Source of the DNA: Candidatus Thermosaccharophagus tengchongensis
GTDB lineage: Bacteria > Armatimonadota > Fervidibacteria > Fervidibacterales > Thermosaccharophagaceae
Reading direction: 5' to 3' (one strand)
NCBI GenBank assembly: GCA_032161105.1
Contig: JAVHTD010000011.1
Length of the DNA: 64,000 nucleotides
Shown here: positions 27,856 to 38,223 of the stretch, in pieces
Layout: every line of letters begins with the position of its first letter
Position numbering within the stretch: the stretch's first letter is position 1
The notes under the pieces: generated by a model
Told to the model about the DNA's origin: nothing
Database searches by the model: none
Seen by the model: only the letters and a program-made list of their open reading frames with translations
Position numbers and translations under genes: made by a program

Positions 27856-28416
27856 CTATTCGCCCGCATAAATCTCGGGGCGCAGCACACCCACATAAGG
27901 TAGGTTGCGATAGTGTTGAGCGAAGTCAAGCCCATAACCGACAACGAACACATCCGGGATGGTGAAGCCAAGGTAGTGAATTTCAACTGGCACTTTCCTC
28001 CTCGCCGGCTTGTCAAGGAGGGCACAGACACGCACACTCGCCGGATTCCTTGCCTTCACCATCTTGAGGATGTAGTTCAAGGTTAACCCGGTATCAACGA
28101 TGTCCTCAACTATGATGACATGCCTGCTCTGTATGCTCTCGTCCAAGTCCTTAAGTATCCTCACGACGCCGGTTGTCTTCGTATCGGCGCCATAGCTGCT
28201 TATGGCGACGAAGTCGTAAGATACAGGGATTGTTATGTGCCTTATTAAGTCGGCGAGGAAAACAGCGGCACCACGGAGCACGCCAATAAGCAACGGGTCT
28301 TTACCCTCATAGTCCCTTGAGATGGCTTTTCCGAGCTCCGCGACTCGCTTTTGAATTTCCTCAGCCGTTATGAGGACCTCTTGAATGTCGGCGTCAAGCC
28401 TGCAAGTTACAACCAT
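27856..28416 (-). CDS. hpt: Hypoxanthine phosphoribosyltransferase
   Basis: IVEDIVDTGLTL, LLDKP, FVVGYGLD...YRNLP. Confidence 0.96.
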   Translation of the reverse strand: MVVTCRLDADIQEVLITAEEIQKRVAELGKAISRDYEGKDPLLIGVLRGAAVFLADLIRHITIPVSYDFVAISSYGADTKTTGVVRILKDLDESIQSRHVIIVEDIVDTGLTLNYILKMVKARNPASVRVCALLDKPARRKVPVEIHYLGFTIPDVFVVGYGLDFAQHYRNLPYVGVLRPEIYAGE

Positions 28417-28423
28417 GCCATGA

Positions 28424-29968
28424 TCACTCCCACTCAATTGTTGCTGGCGGTTTTGATGTGACATCGTATACGAGCCTGTTTACACCCTCCACCTCATTGC
28501 ATATTCGGTTGGCTATGCGCTCAAGCACATCGTAAGGTATTCTCGCCCAGTCAGCAGTCATTCCATCCTCACTCACAACACTCCTCAGGGCGATGGCATA
28601 GGCATATGATCTCCTATCACCCTGAACGCCGGTCGTCCGTATCGGGAGGAGCACAGCAAAGGCTTGCCAAAGCTGCCTGTAAAGACCGGCTCGCATTATC
28701 TCCTCCAGCACTATCGCATCCGCCTCACGGAGTATTTCAAGGCGCTGCGGCGTAACCTCGCCAAGTATGCGTATAGCCAACCCAGGACCGGGAAATGGGT
28801 GTCGCCACGCGAGCTCCGGCGGTATGCCAAGTTGCTCGGCAACCATCCTGACCTCATCCTTGAACAAGTAGCGCAACGGCTCTATCAATTCAAATTGCAT
28901 CCTTTCCGGAAGCCCACCAACATTGTGATGCGTCTTTATGCGTGCCGCAAACTTTGAGCCGCTTTCAATCACATCCGGGTAAAGTGTGCCCTGCGCGAGA
29001 AACCTCACTTTGCCAAGCTTGGCAGCCTCCTCCTCAAATACTCTCACGAACTCCTCCCCGATTATCTTCCGCTTCTCTTCGGGATCAACAACACCGCGCA
29101 GCCTGTTCATGAACCTCTCAGAAGCATTCACATGGATGAGGTTGATTCTGAAGTGGCGGGTGAATGTCTCAATGACTTTCTCAGGCTCGCCTTTCCGCAT
29201 AAAGCCGTGGTCAACGAAGATGCATGTAAGTTGATCGCCAACTGCCCTGTGGACGAGAACGGCAGTCGTAGTTGAGTCCACACCACCGCTTAAAGCGCAT
29301 ATCACTTTCTCCTTTCCGACCCGCTCCCTTATTTCGCGGATGGCTCTCTCTATGAACGAGCCGGCTGTCCATGTGCCTTTGCAACCACACACCTTGTATG
29401 CGAAGTTGCGAATTATCTCTATGCCCCAGGGCGTGTGCGAAACTTCGGGGTGAAACAGAACTCCAAACAGTTTCCTTTGCGGCGCCGACATTGCAGCCAC
29501 CGGCGAGTTCGGAGTCCTCGCCGTGACTTTGAAACCCTCAGGTGCACGAACTATGACATCCCTGTGACTCATCCAGCAGACGAGTTCTGGGTTTAAGCCC
29601 TCAAATAGGTCTGAGTCATCAAGCACCTCAAGTTGCGTCCTGCCATATTCAGCGCGCGGGCTGGGACGCACTTCACCGCCGAGCATGTGAGCCATAAGCT
29701 GTGCACCGTAGCATATCCCCAGCACAGGTATTCCGGCATCAAACAACCTGGGGTCGCACTTGGGTGCATCCTCATTGTATACGCTCGCTTGTCCGCCGGA
29801 CAGGATTATCCCCTTGGGGTGCATTGCAAGCACACTTTCAAGCGGCATATCGCATGGGACTATCTCAGAATAGACTTTGCACTCCCTCACACGCCTCGCA
29901 ATTAGCTGGCTATATTGCGCCCCAAAATCCACAACGAGAATCAATTCCTCGGGGCGACTGCACTCCAT
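28424..29968 (-). CDS. guaA: GMP synthase (glutamine-hydrolysing)
   Basis: [41 protein letters not shown]. Confidence 0.98.
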   Translation of the reverse strand: MECSRPEELILVVDFGAQYSQLIARRVRECKVYSEIVPCDMPLESVLAMHPKGIILSGGQASVYNEDAPKCDPRLFDAGIPVLGICYGAQLMAHMLGGEVRPSPRAEYGRTQLEVLDDSDLFEGLNPELVCWMSHRDVIVRAPEGFKVTARTPNSPVAAMSAPQRKLFGVLFHPEVSHTPWGIEIIRNFAYKVCGCKGTWTAGSFIERAIREIRERVGKEKVICALSGGVDSTTTAVLVHRAVGDQLTCIFVDHGFMRKGEPEKVIETFTRHFRINLIHVNASERFMNRLRGVVDPEEKRKIIGEEFVRVFEEEAAKLGKVRFLAQGTLYPDVIESGSKFAARIKTHHNVGGLPERMQFELIEPLRYLFKDEVRMVAEQLGIPPELAWRHPFPGPGLAIRILGEVTPQRLEILREADAIVLEEIMRAGLYRQLWQAFAVLLPIRTTGVQGDRRSYAYAIALRSVVSEDGMTADWARIPYDVLERIANRICNEVEGVNRLVYDVTSKPPATIEWE

Positions 29969-30050
29969 CAGAACTCAACCTCCAATTGGAAAGGCAATGT
30001 GTTAACTTGCAACGAAGCGAGCTGAAGGGTGGGACACAACGGTCAAGCAA

Positions 30051-31202
30051 TCAAGTTATGCTTTGCTGCCTTTGTAGCAGCTTCCCCTCGGTCTGTATCG
30101 CCGGAGCCACAACCATTTTCACCTTTTGCATCTCGCGAATGTTTCTCGCACCGCAGGTAGCCATTGACAGCTTAAGCGCCCCAACTAAATTTTGCGTCCC
30201 GTCGTCAGTCGTTGCTGGTCCGAGCAATATCGTCTCAAGCGGTGCCCTGCGCATAACCTTTACCCTCGTCCCGCGCGGCAGCCCGGGATGAGGCGCAGCC
30301 ATCCCCCAATGGTAACCCCTTCCGGGGGCTTCCTCCGCACTGGCAATCGGTGAACCAATCATGACGCCATCAGCACCAGCTGCAATAGCCTTCGCTATAT
30401 CGCCACCTGTGCGCATACCGCCATCGGCTATCACGACAACATACTTTCCGGTGCGCTCAAAGAAATCGTCCCTCGCTGCGGCGACATCGGCGATGGCTGT
30501 CACCTGAGGGACTCCAACACCTATAACTTGCCTTGTAGTGCAGGCTGCTCCCGGTCCAACGCCGACAAGGACTCCATCAGCTCCGACTCTCATAAGCTCA
30601 ATTGCGGCATCGTATGTCACGCAATTGCCCACAAGCAGCGGCGCATCAATAGCCTCCCTTATAACTTTCCAATCAAGCGGTTGGCGGCGAGTGGATACGA
30701 ATCTGACGGTCGTAACCGTTGACTGTATGACGGCAACATCAGCCCCAGCCCGAACAGCTATCGGCAACAACCATTCGGCATGCATCGGCGTGCTCGCAAC
30801 ACCAACCCTTGCCCCGGAAGACTTGATAGCCTTCACGCGCTCATAAACCAACTCTTCCTTTATCGGCTCACGGTAAACTTCCTGGAGCACCTTTACGACA
30901 TCTTCCTGCGGTGCCTCCACTATGCGCTCAATCGCTTCATCGGGCGATTCATACCTTGTTTGCAAACCCTCAAGGTTAAGCACAGCCAAGCCGCCAAGCT
31001 GCGACATGAGTATCGCAAGGCGGACATCAACCGCAGCATCCATAGCCGATGCCAATATCGGTATCTCAAGCTCTATGTTGCCGATGCGCAACTTCACATC
31101 CACATCATCCGGGTCAACCGTCTCAGTCCCCGGAACAAGAGCCACATCATCAAACCCATACGCCATAAATGCCCTCCTGTTTCTCCCTATGCTCACTTCC
31201 AA
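30051..31202 (-). CDS. guaB3: GuaB3-family IMP dehydrogenase (no CBS domains)
   Basis: AYGFDDVALVP, ASAMD, LNLEGLQTRY, VGVGPGAACTTR, IADGG, HWGMA; TTG start after GGAGG. Confidence 0.92.
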   Translation of the reverse strand: MEVSIGRNRRAFMAYGFDDVALVPGTETVDPDDVDVKLRIGNIELEIPILASAMDAAVDVRLAILMSQLGGLAVLNLEGLQTRYESPDEAIERIVEAPQEDVVKVLQEVYREPIKEELVYERVKAIKSSGARVGVASTPMHAEWLLPIAVRAGADVAVIQSTVTTVRFVSTRRQPLDWKVIREAIDAPLLVGNCVTYDAAIELMRVGADGVLVGVGPGAACTTRQVIGVGVPQVTAIADVAAARDDFFERTGKYVVVIADGGMRTGGDIAKAIAAGADGVMIGSPIASAEEAPGRGYHWGMAAPHPGLPRGTRVKVMRRAPLETILLGPATTDDGTQNLVGALKLSMATCGARNIREMQKVKMVVAPAIQTEGKLLQRQQSIT

Positions 31203-31261
31203 GTTGACCACCCCTCCAAAGTTGCCCACCATGTCATTGCTGCAACTGTGGTCAAAAGCCG

Positions 31262-31936
31262 CTATGGGATGACCCACTCACAACCATCTTTGAGGATCTC
31301 TTTCTTCCATATCGGCACATCCGACTTTATTCGCTCAATTGCCTCCCTGCACGCCTCAATGGCTTCATGGCGGTGCTCCGATGATGCAGCTATCACTACA
31401 ACAACTTCACCAACCATCGCCCTGCCAACCCTGTGAATGATGATGAGGCGCTCCAGACCATATGCTGAGTGAATTTCATTCGCTATCTCGTTGAGCTTGC
31501 GCACCGCCATTGCCTTGTATGCATCATATTCAAGCGCCACAACTTCCTTTCCGTTAGAATGCCCCCTGACAACACCGATGAACAGTGCCACTGCCCCAAC
31601 TTGTTCGTCAACGGCTTCCGACAACACACCACCAACATCAATCGGCTCCTCGGTCAATTCACAGCGCCACTTAGAATTCCCTTTCAATGCATCTTCAGAG
31701 CCGCCGCTCACCGGCGGTATGAGCGCCACCTCCGCTTCACCGCTTATGAGTTGGTCATAGTCAACATATTCACCATCAACTGCGATGCGACACCGCTTAA
31801 TCAATGCTGCCAAGCTCGGATATTCAGAGCAAAGCCTCTCCAACAGCTCGCGCGGTGTTGTCGGCGTGTCCAAATCCAATTCCACAACGCCGGAGGAGAG
31901 GGCATCCTTTAGTGGTCCGAAAATAAGGATGCGCAT
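31262..31936 (-). CDS. moaE: Fused molybdopterin synthase MoaD-MoaE (MoaX-like)
   Basis: Ubiquitin-like N-domain ending IPPVSGG, read through into MoaE (GAVALFIGVVR, LEYDAY, HRVG, VPIWKKE). Confidence 0.92.
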   Translation of the reverse strand: MRILIFGPLKDALSSGVVELDLDTPTTPRELLERLCSEYPSLAALIKRCRIAVDGEYVDYDQLISGEAEVALIPPVSGGSEDALKGNSKWRCELTEEPIDVGGVLSEAVDEQVGAVALFIGVVRGHSNGKEVVALEYDAYKAMAVRKLNEIANEIHSAYGLERLIIIHRVGRAMVGEVVVVIAASSEHRHEAIEACREAIERIKSDVPIWKKEILKDGCEWVIP

Positions 31937-31979
31937 CAACCCTTTCCCCCAGAGGATCCGCATAAAGGTGTAATCAGCA

Positions 31980-32777
31980 TCAAACCCACCGCAAGAAGTG
32001 CGTTAGTAAAATCATTCTGGCGCGCCTGAGCAGCGTGATGGCAAATTGCCCCAGCCGATTCCTCTCAACATGCTCCTTTGTGAGCAGCTGTCCAAACACC
32101 ATCGCATTAGCCTCGGCTTCAAGGAACAACCACCAAATTCCACTCCACAGGCTTGATGCCGATAGCAAGCCCCAGACAAAACCCCACCATTTCAAAATGA
32201 ACCCGCCGATCATGATTGAGAGCACGACGATGCACCAAAGCATGGTGCTCTGCCACAATGGCGGTTCAAAGCCGAGAGTCGCATCCGGGTTGAGCGCAAC
32301 AAAGCGAAAGACCTTGCCATCTTCGCGCTTGAACTCCAACGCATGCATGGATGCAATATTCCCCAACCTCGCTATGTCACGCCATGGACGAGCGACCCAT
32401 CCAACCATCAACCCGACAAGCAATCCCAGAACCGTGCCAACCACATCCCAGTTGAAGAGGCAGTAAGCAGCAAAAGCAAGCATCACCGCACCAAACAACA
32501 GGTTCGCGATTGCCATCCTCACCAACGCCATCATTAATGCAACGGCTATCCCACCACCAATGCCCACCACCAACCCAAGAACGATTGCGGCGACAACGCC
32601 AATAATGATGAGCAGCGACATGACAATAGCCAACCCGATGCCAAAAAACATCAACACGAAAGCGATCAGGATTGGCATGAGGTAGTCCGTGAAAAAAACT
32701 TTGATGTCATCACGCCATTCGGTCGTCCCCTGAGCCTTTGCCACATCCGCCACCTCCAGCTTCATGTTCATAGCCAC
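31980..32777 (-). CDS. Hypothetical polytopic membrane protein
   Basis: Long ORF with several Gly-rich hydrophobic helices, co-oriented between ftsK and moaD-E. Confidence 0.65.
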   Translation of the reverse strand: MAMNMKLEVADVAKAQGTTEWRDDIKVFFTDYLMPILIAFVLMFFGIGLAIVMSLLIIIGVVAAIVLGLVVGIGGGIAVALMMALVRMAIANLLFGAVMLAFAAYCLFNWDVVGTVLGLLVGLMVGWVARPWRDIARLGNIASMHALEFKREDGKVFRFVALNPDATLGFEPPLWQSTMLWCIVVLSIMIGGFILKWWGFVWGLLSASSLWSGIWWLFLEAEANAMVFGQLLTKEHVERNRLGQFAITLLRRARMILLTHFLRWV

Positions 32778-32799
32778 ATTATAACATCACATGGACACT

Positions 32800-35076
32800 T
32801 CACCGCTCATCGCGCCCCAAATCATCTTCAAACTCGTCCTCGCCATAGCGCTGCGCTTCATCGTCACGCAACTTATCGCCTCGCCCAATATCATCCACGA
32901 ACGGTATTAACACCCTCCTCGGCTTACTCCCCTCAGGTGGTCCGACGATGCCGGCTCGCTCCATCTGGTCAATTATCTTTGCCGCCCTCGGATATCCAAT
33001 CTCAAACTCACGCTGCAGCATTGATGCCGATGCGTAGCCCTTTCTCCTGACAAGCTCAACTGCGGCATCAAACAGCGGGTCTCGCCTCTCCGGCTTCTGG
33101 ATTTGGAGTTCCGCCTCGCCCTCAATATCGTGCAGGTCAAATGGGTATTCCTCCGGCTCACCATACTCTTGGATGAGGACATTCACGACCCTGTTAACTT
33201 CGCCCTCGCTCACGAAAGCTCCCTGAAGCCTTATCGGCTTGGGCGCATCAATTGGATGATAAAGCATATCGCCTCTCCCTATGAGCCTCTCGGCACCGTT
33301 CATGTCCAGTATTGTCCTTGAATCAACTTGGGAGGCAACGGCAAAGGCAATGCGTGAGGGTATGTTCGCCTTTATCACGCCGGTTATGACATTCACTGAT
33401 GGACGCTGCGTCGCTATCACAAGATGAATTCCAGTAGCCCTGGCAAGCTGAGCTATCCTGCATATCAGCTTTTCAATCTCGGCTGGCGCTTGCATCATAA
33501 GGTCGGCAAGCTCATCAATCACGATGACAATGTGATATAACGGCTCTTCATCCTCATTGAGCTTCGCATTGTAGCTCTCAATATTGCGCACACCCTTTTC
33601 GGCGAAGAGTTCGTATCGCCTCTCCATCTCCCTGACGGCGCTCTGCAGTGCGAGCACCGCGTGCTTTGCATCAACTACGACTGGATGAACAAGGTGCGGT
33701 ATTCCATCAAACAGGCTCAGCTCAACCCTCTTTGGGTCAATCAGGAGCAGCTTGACCTCATCAGGGTCTGCCCTTGAGAGGAGGCTGATTATCATTGAGT
33801 TGAGGCAGACGCTCTTTCCCGAATTTGTTGCGCCACCAATAAGGAGGTGCGGCATGCGAGCCAGATCGGCGAGCTTCGGATTCCCGGCTATGTCCTTCCC
33901 GAGCGCGAATGTGAGCTTTGATTGTGCGTTCTTGAATTCCTCAAGCTCAAGCAGCTCCCTTAAGCGCACAAGCCCAACACGCTTGTTTGGGACTTCAATC
34001 CCAATAACCGACTTCCCGGGAACAGGCGCTTCAACACGCACATCAATTGCAGCCAGAGCAAGCGCTAAATCATCGGCAAGGTTGACTATCCTGCTCACCC
34101 GTATCCCCGGGGCGGGTTGAACTTCATACCTCGTTATGACAGGTCCGCGCTTGACATTCACGACCTTGGCATCAATCTTAAAGCTGGCAAGTGTCTCCTC
34201 AACAAGCCTTATGCCTTCTTCAATGTCCATCTCGGAGTCAGTCTCATCGGATGGCGAGGGCATATCAAGCTCCGCCACAACTTTCCAGTAGTGATCGGGT
34301 AAGAGTTTGAACTGCCTTTGGCGCTTCAACTTAACCTCACCAATCACATGTGGCACATATACGCCCACCTCGCGCTCGTCCTCCTTTGAGCGCTCATCTC
34401 CATTTCCACCCCCTACACTCTCTTCGGTGCCCGTTGTGGCTGCCTTCGTAGCCGTCTTCGCCGTAGCGCTCTCCCCCCGCTCCTCAACATCTTTCTGATG
34501 CCTTCTCCGCTGCTGTTCAACGCGCTGCTTTTCCCTCTCGCGGCTTGAGGACCTTCTGCGGACGCCAGCATAAAGTCCAGATAGCCGTTGCTGACATAAG
34601 CGCATCATCTCGCTCGGCGAAAGACCGGCGCAAATAAGAAGGGCACTCAACGCAACTATTGAGAGAACAATGTAACCGCCAACATCACCAAATGCCCTGC
34701 GAAGAATGAAGCTAACGAAAGCACCGATCAATCCACCGTGAGATGTCACCGATGAACTGGCAAACTCATCGCCAGCCGGGACAAGCAAATGGATGAAGCC
34801 AAGAGAGGAAACCAAAAGCAAAGCAAATGAAGTGACAGCGTTGCGCAGAAATGCCCTCCCTTCAGAAAACATCAACGCTATACAGGCTAAAAGCGAAAAC
34901 GACAGTATGGCGAAGCTGCCCACGCCAAAGGCGTATCGCAACACCTTGCATGTATACTCAACAGCCACACCGCCCGTATAACCGAGCATGCCAACGAGGA
35001 GGATCAAACTTATGCCCGCCCCAGCCAGCCCACCAAATTCATATCGCCACTTATTCCCCCTGTCCTTAGCCCTCAT
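32800..35076 (-). CDS. ftsK: DNA translocase FtsK
   Basis: N-terminal TMs; MPHLLIGGATNSGKS, IDPKRVEL, IDELADLM, ATQRPS; gamma domain SASMLQREFEIGYPRA. Confidence 0.97.
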   Translation of the reverse strand: MRAKDRGNKWRYEFGGLAGAGISLILLVGMLGYTGGVAVEYTCKVLRYAFGVGSFAILSFSLLACIALMFSEGRAFLRNAVTSFALLLVSSLGFIHLLVPAGDEFASSSVTSHGGLIGAFVSFILRRAFGDVGGYIVLSIVALSALLICAGLSPSEMMRLCQQRLSGLYAGVRRRSSSREREKQRVEQQRRRHQKDVEERGESATAKTATKAATTGTEESVGGGNGDERSKEDEREVGVYVPHVIGEVKLKRQRQFKLLPDHYWKVVAELDMPSPSDETDSEMDIEEGIRLVEETLASFKIDAKVVNVKRGPVITRYEVQPAPGIRVSRIVNLADDLALALAAIDVRVEAPVPGKSVIGIEVPNKRVGLVRLRELLELEEFKNAQSKLTFALGKDIAGNPKLADLARMPHLLIGGATNSGKSVCLNSMIISLLSRADPDEVKLLLIDPKRVELSLFDGIPHLVHPVVVDAKHAVLALQSAVREMERRYELFAEKGVRNIESYNAKLNEDEEPLYHIVIVIDELADLMMQAPAEIEKLICRIAQLARATGIHLVIATQRPSVNVITGVIKANIPSRIAFAVASQVDSRTILDMNGAERLIGRGDMLYHPIDAPKPIRLQGAFVSEGEVNRVVNVLIQEYGEPEEYPFDLHDIEGEAELQIQKPERRDPLFDAAVELVRRKGYASASMLQREFEIGYPRAAKIIDQMERAGIVGPPEGSKPRRVLIPFVDDIGRGDKLRDDEAQRYGEDEFEDDLGRDER

Positions 35077-35280
35077 GTTAGTTCATCCCTCCGTCTGAAC
35101 AATGCTGCCATGCATGCTGCTTTTGCTCCTTATGCGTTGCAATGAACCCATACCACAACGCTGGATTACTTGAATCACGAAGGCATTCACGCACACTGTA
35201 ACGGGGCTTGCTGTCTCATCCCAAAATTGCTGTGATGGACTGGCATAAGGCACTCCCGTCAAAGAAAAGCGCATCTTCGC

Positions 35281-36042
35281 TTACCTCGGCACAACACCGC
35301 CACTGTCCCAAAGCAATCTCTCAGCGCATGAGAGAAAGTTCCTTGGGAGAGGCGTCGGCGGTATGCCATGACAGCGCTTTACAAACTCCCCAAGGTAAAT
35401 TCTCGTGTTCCAATCCACCGCATCACATGTTATCTTCATCGGCGTATCCGGCACAGCTCCCGGTGCAACGAATGTCATCTCGCCATTACGCAGTATCACA
35501 ACGCTGTTCCTTGCGGCAACCGAAGCGCTGCCCCTATCACACGACACCAAAGTCCACCCCCAAGGCATCTGGGCAACACTCACCCAACCACGCTCCGTCG
35601 CCACAAACGCATTCGGCGACTGAATGACAAGCGGTATCCGTTCACCCGGATTCTGCGCAGCGCAAACCCACACTCGCCCCGCCAACACGGCAAGCCTATC
35701 GGCGCGCATCTCTATGAGCGTGTCATGGGCAATCTTCACCCTCGTTTTGGTGGGCTCCCAGCGAGCTTCAACTGCGCTCTCCTTGTCAACGCGCACCTGG
35801 TAACCCGGCAAGACTGGCATCCTTTCCCTCAGCAATTGCCATGCTGCTGCAGTGCGCTCTCTTATTTCGGCGCGCCCGATAACTGATGTGATCATGAGCG
35901 AGTGCTTAATTGGGGTTGGCTTAATCTCAATCCCAGTTATCTCGCCACAGAAGCCCATCCGAGATAGAACGGATACAATGCCATAGATTGTCACCGCAAT
36001 AAGCATTCCCGCTATACTCCCCTTTAAGATGTGCCACCTCAT
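35281..36042 (-). CDS. FecR-domain protein
   Basis: N-terminal TM/signal; FecR-like beta pattern (QVRVDKESAVE, LAGRVWV, IQSPNA, VSCDRGSASV, LRNGE). Confidence 0.7.
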   Translation of the reverse strand: MRWHILKGSIAGMLIAVTIYGIVSVLSRMGFCGEITGIEIKPTPIKHSLMITSVIGRAEIRERTAAAWQLLRERMPVLPGYQVRVDKESAVEARWEPTKTRVKIAHDTLIEMRADRLAVLAGRVWVCAAQNPGERIPLVIQSPNAFVATERGWVSVAQMPWGWTLVSCDRGSASVAARNSVVILRNGEMTFVAPGAVPDTPMKITCDAVDWNTRIYLGEFVKRCHGIPPTPLPRNFLSCAERLLWDSGGVVPR

Positions 36043-36138
36043 CGCTCACCTTTCACCTCCTTGCCTTTTTCACCTGTCATGATACCGCAACAAAAGCCAT
36101 TCCGCAACATAATGGCAAACGAAAAAGGGCTTGCTCCA

Positions 36139-38106
36139 TCATGCATTCAGCATTCGCCTTAGCGTTGCAAGCTCATCAATGGCATGCACCACCCACGCAG
36201 ATGCCCATGCATGTCCCGGCGCCCAATAACCGGAGCCGTCAATTTTGAAAAGCTCACAATGTATGCCAGCCGGCGTCGTAAAGGATGAGCCGCTGCGTAT
36301 GAACTCCTCCGCCCTGCCAAGCCATGCCTTCGCGGATTCAACCTCGTTGCGCTCAATGTGAGCTTTGGCTATGCGCAGCATCGCCATGCCGACCCAAAGC
36401 GTGCTCATGGTGCACACCATCCCACCGGCATACGAATCGCCAACATACCTTGCAATGCCCCTTCGCCCGCCAACTGATGTTCCAGCACCGCCGACCACCG
36501 CTTCAACTGTATTGATCGCGAGCTTTAATTCCCCATCGTCCTTAAGTGAGAGCATCTCAAATGGGGCGATGGCGCCGAGCACTGACGAATCAACCGCCCC
36601 ATCAAGGTATCCGTCGGCGCTCACTCCCCTGACAAGGTGACCATTTGAGTCCATCCTTTGCAAGCTCGTCTCCTTGAGCCTCTCCGCCATCTCAAGCCAC
36701 TGTAGCGCACGCCTGTTTCTCCCGTGCCTCCTTAGGAGCTCAGCTGCGCTGTAAAGCGCCCTGTATACGGCTGCGTTGGTGTATACGAACGAGCCGCGAA
36801 ATGTCTCCCACAAATCCATACCGACTATTGGCACCCTACCGCTCGCTATATCTTCGGTGGCACGCTCATACAACTTTTGAGCACCCTTCAGAGCCATGTT
36901 CATGAGCAACCGCTTGAGGCGTTCCCTCTCACCCTCATCATCGGAGAATGAAACCAAACTGCGAAGGCACTTACAGGCGAGGATGACCATTGAAGCGATT
37001 TGATCCCATTGCAGGTTTTCATCACCGGTGCTCCACGCCGGACCAAGATGCCCATTCAACCAGTATCTCTGAAGCCACGAGCCATCACCCAACTGGACCT
37101 TGGAAGCCCACCTCATGAATTGAGCAACTTGGCTATACCTGCCCTGCTTCAACCACAACTCCATCATACAAGCCGCATCCCTGAGCCAGCAAAACCCATA
37201 GCCACCTGATGCGATGAAAGCCGGGTCAAACTCAGGCGCTGCAATTGGCGCTCCGCAGGAGCAATCAAAGAGCATCGGGAGCACAAGTTGCGCACGGATG
37301 TATGCAGCTTTCAAGTCTTCATCATCCGTTGGCGGCACGACATCTTTGAGCCATCTCGCCCAATGCCTCTTCGCCTCCGAGAGCAGCTGCTCATACGGTA
37401 TGCGCCGAAGCCGCTTCGTCAATGCGATAGCCTCATCTTTGCTTCTTCCAGCTGCCACCGTTAAGTTCACACTCAAGAATGTCTCACCGACTGGCAATTC
37501 CCATGCGAGGGCGAAGTTGACAGAGCCGATCTCAAGCGACTGACATTTGAGAGAGCCATCATAAATGTCGTCCTTAGCATTTGACCATGCGCCGACATCC
37601 GACTTGCCACATTGAAACTGATGGAGTGGTGTTGCACCAACTGCGATCCATGTATCCCTGTGCCATTGCAACATCAGCCTCTCGCTCGGAAAAGCCTGAA
37701 CGCAATTCTTCCACTTGTGCCCATCAACCCAAAGTTCAAAATACTGGCAGATGACCGTATGCACATGCATTAATCCGGCTCGGCGCACCTCAATCTGCCT
37801 GACGAGCGCCGGCAATTCGGGCGGGGTGAAATCGGTAAGCATCACCTCAATCCCGATGTGGCGGTTGAAAAGTCTCGTGCGGAGTATATTCGTCCCGTCA
37901 ATGTATGACTGATGGCGCTCCCAAGATGGCTCAAATGTCCATGAGTAGCCATGGCCAGATGCATAAACGCCAAGCATGCACTCATGTATGTGCTGTGCGT
38001 GGTCAATGTTTGGGAAGCAGAAGCTCATAACCTCTCCACTTGCACCTATGGTGCAAAGCACCCTCCCGTTGCCAACGAGCGCCGTCGGAAGGTAAACTGT
38101 GCTCAT
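36139..38106 (-). CDS. Glycoside hydrolase family 15 (glucoamylase/trehalase-like)
   Basis: ALVGNG, AAPEFD, YGFCWLRDA, QWDQ, DLWE, IARY.GDSY, C-terminal AWASA. Confidence 0.88.
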   Translation of the reverse strand: MSTVYLPTALVGNGRVLCTIGASGEVMSFCFPNIDHAQHIHECMLGVYASGHGYSWTFEPSWERHQSYIDGTNILRTRLFNRHIGIEVMLTDFTPPELPALVRQIEVRRAGLMHVHTVICQYFELWVDGHKWKNCVQAFPSERLMLQWHRDTWIAVGATPLHQFQCGKSDVGAWSNAKDDIYDGSLKCQSLEIGSVNFALAWELPVGETFLSVNLTVAAGRSKDEAIALTKRLRRIPYEQLLSEAKRHWARWLKDVVPPTDDEDLKAAYIRAQLVLPMLFDCSCGAPIAAPEFDPAFIASGGYGFCWLRDAACMMELWLKQGRYSQVAQFMRWASKVQLGDGSWLQRYWLNGHLGPAWSTGDENLQWDQIASMVILACKCLRSLVSFSDDEGERERLKRLLMNMALKGAQKLYERATEDIASGRVPIVGMDLWETFRGSFVYTNAAVYRALYSAAELLRRHGRNRRALQWLEMAERLKETSLQRMDSNGHLVRGVSADGYLDGAVDSSVLGAIAPFEMLSLKDDGELKLAINTVEAVVGGAGTSVGGRRGIARYVGDSYAGGMVCTMSTLWVGMAMLRIAKAHIERNEVESAKAWLGRAEEFIRSGSSFTTPAGIHCELFKIDGSGYWAPGHAWASAWVVHAIDELATLRRMLNA

Positions 38107-38223
38107 GTGAGGAACACCTCTCTTGCAGTCCTGTTTCAGTTGAAGCCGGTCAACATCACGGGCTGTCAAATTCGCTTGAGCACAATTCTTAGCATGACCA
38201 AGATGATGCGGAGGTGCAACGGG

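Noticed and set aside
37951..38223. Head-to-head overlap of GH15 and STN-TPR genes
   Set aside because: Artefact of longest-ORF starts; plausible starts at 38106 and 38224 leave a normal divergent gap
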